DNA of 64,000 bases from contig OZ076409.1 in assembly GCA_964187785.1 (NCBI GenBank), positions 65,660,001 to 65,724,000 of the forward strand, written 5' to 3'. Origin of the DNA: Amphiscolops sp. MND2022 (lineage: Eukaryota). Numbering within the stretch: the stretch's first letter is position 1; each line of letters opens with the position of its first letter. Below the pieces are notes generated by a model. It saw only the letters and a program-made list of their open reading frames with translations, searched no databases and had not been told where the DNA came from. This document shows, piece by piece, positions 57,944-64,000 of this stretch. The translations under genes and the position numbers were made by a program.

Positions 57944-58549
57944 TTAAATTTTAGCAGAACCAAGCGTTTTGCTAGCTTAGAAGGACAACGTAGAGTTTTT
58001 CAGCACAATGAGTCTTACCGAAGATTTCCAAAACATTTTTCCTTTTTCTGAGGTTTTCTGTAAAGAAAACCGATTTCCAGTCCCAAGGCTAACCTCATTT
58101 ATTTTTTGGTCCTGTGGAACTGATGAGAGTTTTCTCAAAAATTGTGGAAAAGACTCACGGTGTTTTTCGGCACTGTTCGACTTTTCCCCGGAAAAAATGG
58201 TTGAGTCGAAGTGTACCCCTTTACTTTCATGAACGTTATCGGCTTGACAAACTATTGTTGTCGACCTAAAGCTCCATTTTTGAGACGAAATATTTTCGGG
58301 GCTCGAATTTTTTTCAAACCAAATGTTTTCTTGCTGTTTACAGTTGGAAAAAAGTGGTTTTTGAATCTCATGCCTATCCCTATGGCGTATTTTTCTGGCA
58401 CTGTAAAATTTATAAAATTTTAATAATAGTGTCCTTTGCATATTTAGGAAACTGTTGAAACTTGAGCGGGCCTGGGCCCGACATATTCCATAGATTTTTG
58501 GACTGGAATCTATATTTATCACCATAAACAAATAAAGTATTGAACGTAG

Positions 58550-59001
58550 GGTGTCAGGACATTTCATCCTATGCACTTTCAACCTATGCACTTTCAACCG
58601 TTGCCATTTCAACCGCTCACAATTTCAACCTATTGCATTTTCAACCGTCCCCCAATTCGACCTAAACTAATTTTAGGTACTGGATCCTAATTAGTTACAT
58701 AATTATTTTGGTGGTTTTAACTTTCATACATTTCTAAATTTAAATGTGCTAATTTTTACGCCAGTTTCGATACGTTTTGGCTTCTTCATGAATAATTACA
58801 ATTAATTAAAGCTGTTTGATTCATTGGTAATTATTATACTGAAAGAATAGCTCAACCGAATTAAGACTAAATAGCCAAAATTAGTTTAGGTCGAAATTGC
58901 GAACGGTTGAAAATGCAATAGGTTGAAATTGTGAGCGGTTGAAATGGCAACGGTTGAAAGTGCATAGGTTGAAATTGCATAGGACGAAATGTCATGTAAC
59001 C
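58550..59001. mobile_element. MITE / foldback-like non-autonomous DNA transposon (452 bp)
   Basis: ~125-bp terminal inverted repeats (58550-58674, 58877-59001) built from TTTCAACC-containing 15-16-bp subrepeats; 8-bp TSD GAACGTAG (58542-58549, 59002-59009). Confidence 0.92.
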
Positions 59002-60394
59002 GAACGTAGTATTCGCAAGAAAGTCAAGTTAGTAATGTAAGTGAGAGAATTTAATTTTTACTCGGAAATATTGCAATTTGCATTAGTATAAGCTTGTTTT
59101 AAATTGTTGAACTTCAAAATCGTATCTCATTTTTTGTAATTTTGAAAGAGCCCAATTTCGGAGCTTATATTATGATTTTAGAAGGATTCCAAAAACAAAA
59201 TATATCAGGGGCTTCGTTAAGTTCAAGGGGTCAATTGAACATGAAGTTTCTCAAGACTTTCGAACAAAAGTAGAACAAAAATGAGATAAACCACAATGAC
59301 AAAAATCACGAAATTTGGCTAAAAAAGGCGTATCAAAGGTTTTACAATTTTAATCGCATATTTTTTAAACAGTAAACTAGACGAATATCTAAAAAAACAT
59401 TTACTTTTACTATTTTTCAAAATCAGTCGATTTTGAGATTTGCCTTATTTTGCTTTTTCCAGAATCACTACTTAGTCAATTCCTTTGATTGTCACGAAAA
59501 TTCTTAGCCATATAAAAGGCAAACGATCAATCCATTGACGAGGTATTAACGAGATAAAGGTGAAATTAGTGGAAAATTGAGGAAGTTTGATAATGATTCT
59601 AGTTTCCCAGAAGAGTATTCCAGTGCTCAAAAAACTGTCTCAAAAATTCACAATCAATAAACGGCTATTTTTCTTCACATACGGTGAGTTACAGCTTGAG
59701 TTACGGTGAGTGTAGGAACGCAAGAGTACAGCTTTAAAATCAAGTTTCTAGAGAAATTTACCCAACTCTGCCGCAATTGAGAAAGAGAAATGAAAATAAT
59801 ATGTCCAAGTAGAAATAAAAAAATCTCTAGTCTTTGGAATTTTATTTCGTTTTTTTTTCGATTCGTGGAGAAAGTGCTGATTTTAATTTAGAGATGCTTG
59901 GAATATGCCACTACATCCTTAATCTAGGACCTGCTTCTACGGGGAAATAAATTGAAAACGAAGGCAGCTTCTAAGGCGCCAAATTGTAAAAATCGCAGTT
60001 CAATTCCGGCAAACATTTACATACCCGCTGGAAATTTTCAACAGAAAACTCGTTGAAGGTGCCTGATTGTCTATACAATTTATCTTGTGAAAATTGTATC
60101 ATTTCCTCAACTAATTTGTTGACTAAAGTATGGGGAAATGTGGCAAAAATAATTTTTTCAGCTACTTTTCAGTGATTTTATCAGCAGTTTTAATCAAAGC
60201 CTAATTATATTTCTCTTGACATAGACTGTATTCAACTCCGAGGAAATTCATTTCCTCCTGATTATCTTGATTGATAAATATGAATGAAAATTTCTATGGT
60301 TAATAAAACTTGTATGCCCCAAGGAGGCTTGCAATCGAAAGCTCCTAATTGAAGCAAACATTTTAGGAAATGTAGTTTACATTCCTTGGAGATG

Positions 60395-61140
60395 AAACAA
60401 GCCGGAACGACCCAAATCAGAGCCCGGCTCAAGGTTCAAGAAGAGCGAAATGTTTTGAAGATGTGAAGGGACACTATTGTGGAAATTTTTATCAACTTCA
60501 CAGGGCCAAAAATAGCCGAAGAGATACCCATAAAACTCGAAAACCGCTTTTGCCCTAACCTCAAAACATCAAAAAATTAAACTCAGGAAAAAGTATCATA
60601 GTGCCTGAAAACCCGGAAGGAGACCTTCTAAATTCTTAAAACGCCGTTACCAAGCCAGAAACTTTCCAAAAAATGAAGGGGTTACCCTTTGACAAAATTA
60701 CAAAATTTTTGAAAAAACCTCGCATAGTGCGTCATTAGTAGGTCTTCCCCAGGTATTGAGAAAACTCTCATCAATCCGATAGAACCTAAAAAGGATCCCT
60801 TAAGATGTCACTAAGATGTCACTCTTAAGACTTGAAAACAATTTTGCATAACAGAAAACGTCGAAAAGCCAGAAATTGCGAGAAACTGAGATAAAACCCA
60901 TTGTGCCGAAAAACTTCAAGGGGCCCTCCATGCTTGCAAAACGCTTTGTTTCAGCTAAAAAATGAATTGTGCTTCGATTGAAAAATTTGGAACAAGGTCT
61001 TTATGTACTGAAAAAGATCCAAAGGGGAATTCTGTTCTGGTCTTTCCTCCAGCATAAGAATCCCGATTTTATTTGCGGGACCCAAGCCCACGTACTCCTG
61101 CTTCTCAAACGAAGTTAGCCACTGAGTCAAATGGCGGGAC
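60395..61140 (-). mobile_element. Degenerate SINE-like repeat on the minus strand
   Basis: Minus strand head gccatttgactcagtggctaac...gagaagcaggagtacgtgggcttg (61140-61075) and family 3' end (caagccggaacgacccaaatcag...ggctcaag, 60398-60433). Confidence 0.45.
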
Positions 61141-61613
61141 CACTCCATGCAAAATCTCATCCATTTAAATATCTTCCATTCAAAATTTATGAAGTGGACA
61201 TTTCACGGTGACTGGAAAAAAGACTTGCCATTGTAAGAGTTGTGCAAGAGTGTTTTAAAAGCGCCAACTAAAAACATGTTTACAACGTTCAAACATTACG
61301 CAGTTTGATTATATTTTGGAAGCAACTGTGGAAAAAGAGACATGTTTTTTGTTTCACTTTTTAAATCGTTTCTTTAAACTCAATTTAAAACCTTGTATTT
61401 CTAAACTATTTTTTAGAGTTCATCAAATACTTTCCATCGCATGAAAGTTATCAGTTTAATCCAAGAAAACGTTCGAAAAATATGAAATTTTCAATTGGCG
61501 CTTTTCTTTAGAAAAGAACTACTAGTCATAGCTTTCAGCGTTTTGTTCGAGACACCTGAACTGTCCAAAGGAGTTCTTGCGAAAGTTCTTCAACTTCTTC
61601 AAGTAACTTCTCT

Positions 61614-62368
61614 CTGCCACTTGGACTAGTGGTTACCACGGATTTCCCGTACCGATGGCAGAGTCTGAGAAGCAGGGGTACCTGGGTTCGATTCTCGCAC
61701 TAACCAAACACTTTTTTATGGTTGCAAAAGTAAGAGGAGACCAAAGGCTTTAGAATTTTTACGACGCTATGCGATTGTTTTCTGATTGTTTTTAAAACTA
61801 AACCCTTCCTTCTTCAATTTCCAGCAGACGCAAAGCGTTTTGCGAGCATAGATAGCTACTTCTGGTATTTTCGGCACTACTGCTACTTACCGAGGTATTT
61901 TTTAAAAAGGCAATTAAGAAAAAATTTTCGATTTTTTTCACAATTTTCGGATTTTGTGGTTTTCTAAACGAAAATTAGCTTCCCGGGTCTTCAGTGTGAC
62001 CTCTTTGTTACTTTTTGATCCTGTGGAACTGATGAGGTTTGTTAATGATTGTGGAGAAGTCCTTTGTTCCAGCTTTTTTGGCTCTGTGCGTCTTTTTCCG
62101 AAACCTTCATTTGGTACCACCCTCGCTTTCATAGATGATTTCGGCCTAAGAAAAAGTTTTGCGAGCTGAGAGACTTTTTCAAAAAAACCCTGAAAAATTT
62201 CAAAAATTGGATTTTTTGTTTCGAGTTCGGAAAAAGTGGTTTGCGAGTCTTATGCGTATTCCTCGGGGGTATTTTTTGGCACTGAGAAATTGATAATAGT
62301 TTTTAAAAAGTATCCGTTGCTTTAAGAAGCTTGAGCGGGGCGCTGACTTGAACCGGTCCCGGCTTGCT
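61614..62368 (+). mobile_element. Degenerate tRNA-headed SINE-like repeat
   Basis: TGGACTAGTGG A-box-like and GGTTCGATTC B-box; family 3' end ttgagcggggcgctgacttgaaccggtcccggcttg. Confidence 0.55.
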
Positions 62369-62894
62369 ATTCATAATCGGCGCTTTTAGTTAAATAAAAT
62401 AATGAGAATGTCACTGTTACTTTTTTTCAAGACAGAAACGAAAGTGAAGAAACGGATACCGCGGACGCGGAAATGAAAATTGCTCGCGAGTTTTCAGTTC
62501 GAATAGTATTCAGTATTCTGGCTTCCGAAACAAGAAAACGAAGTTCGAATTTTACTAGTGTCCAATTTTTCGCGCTTTTCTTTAGAGCTGGTCTCGGCTC
62601 ATTATACATCGATATCACAATCAACATCAATGAGACAGAAATTCAATTATACTTTTGAAAAAGATTCCAATGTGTCACTTCAGCATGTAGCGATTCCCAT
62701 TTTCCATATTAAGTGGTCAATGCTTTTTTCCAATTCCGTTGCAAAATTATTCCATTTTTATGATACGTTTTTTAGCTTTACCACCTTCATCAAACAAAGT
62801 ATTTTATGAAGCAATCAACCTTCTGACAGTTCTATGTCTTCGCACTATGGTGGTTAGATTTTGCTCCAATGATTACAACAGACATGATACCTAG

Positions 62895-63002
<108 letters not shown>

Positions 63003-64000
63003 TCTTTTTTCATTTTAAGATAGGTCTTATGAAAGAGTTATTAAAATCGATTCCACGGCAGAATGATTTCCAATTTTTGCGTGAAAACTAGTAAAATTTT
63101 GTATGAGAACAATAAAACTAATTGAAAACATCAAATTTCTTTTCAATAGAGTAGATGCACAAATTTTCAATTCACTGAAAATTGATTCCTGAAAAGTTCA
63201 AACTAATCGACGAGTTTACAGGATGTTGATTTCCAGCGGCGATCAATACATAAATTTTGAGTGTTGGTCGAGAATGAAGCCTAAGCTATTAATGTTTTTA
63301 ATTGCTGGAAATTGTCAATGCTTTCATACTCTATCGATTCGTTCTGAATATGAATGTTTAAAAATGTTTTCTTACGAAATGAACTTCCATCAACTTTATT
63401 ATACGGTTTAAATTTGAAGCTTTTAAAATCACTTCTCTACTTGTTTTTTTTTAATTTTCTAAAAATGACTTTTTCAAACAATTCTCATTCGAACTTCAAA
63501 TTTTGTCATCAGTCGTGGCGACGATAAACACATTTTCATCTGACTTCTTTGTTTCAATCGCAGTCGTTAAAGGTGATAGAAATGCGTATAGAAAACAATG
63601 AAAAGCCAATGCAAGATCTAATTTAACCGTTAAAACTTAGTCTGATTATACTGATAAAAATTGTTCAATCACAAAACCTGCTTCCCAAATTATACAAAAA
63701 CCTCGATGATCATTTAAGTCTCCTACAGTTGCATAAAAATGATCGATTGTTCACGTAGTGAAAAAACAATGACTGATATAAAAGACTGTATAAGGGCCAC
63801 TCTTGAATATAGTGGATCTGCACGAAGCTCCACGGGGTATTTTCTCGGGTTAATCTCCGGGTTTTTGTCTAGCCGGAAATTACCCTGACACTGATCTCAC
63901 GGTACCTACTGATTTTGAAAGCCTTTAGGTCATAACTCAGTCCCATCAAAAAACCCCATGCTACCGAAATTTTCAGTGAAAATCAACCAAACTAGCATTT

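Noticed and set aside
57977..58612. 211-aa minus-strand ORF
   Set aside because: Begins in the MITE TIR and runs through a degenerate repeat; no protein features
58560..58660. CRISPR-like short repeat array
   Set aside because: Eukaryotic context, no unique spacers of proper length; it is the subrepeat structure of a MITE TIR

Overview
AT-rich eukaryotic (probably invertebrate; species not determinable here) DNA dominated by three related, very long (15-16.4 kb) Ty3/Gypsy LTR retrotransposons. Element A (2573-18695, TSD GCTAC) looks intact. Element B (20293-55149, TSD TATAG) has a frameshifted integrase and an internal 3.05-kb tandem duplication. Element C (35860-52284, TSD ATTAT) is nested inside B. 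All three share an unusual four-gene layout. (1) gag starts inside the LTR and reads through the LTR end and the PBS. (2) pol (PR, pseudo-dUTPase, RT, RH, IN) is reached by a -1 frameshift at A AAA AAC. (3) A 1070-1285 aa ANTISENSE gene is split by canonical GT-AG introns at homologous positions; its product has a C2H2 zinc finger and looks like a catalytically dead hAT-type transposase (inference). (4) A divergently transcribed sense ORF with a conserved SUMO-interacting-motif-like sequence runs into the 3' LTR. The flanks hold tRNA-headed SINE-like repeats, a 452-bp MITE with an 8-bp TSD and a (CT)n microsatellite. No host gene could be called with confidence.
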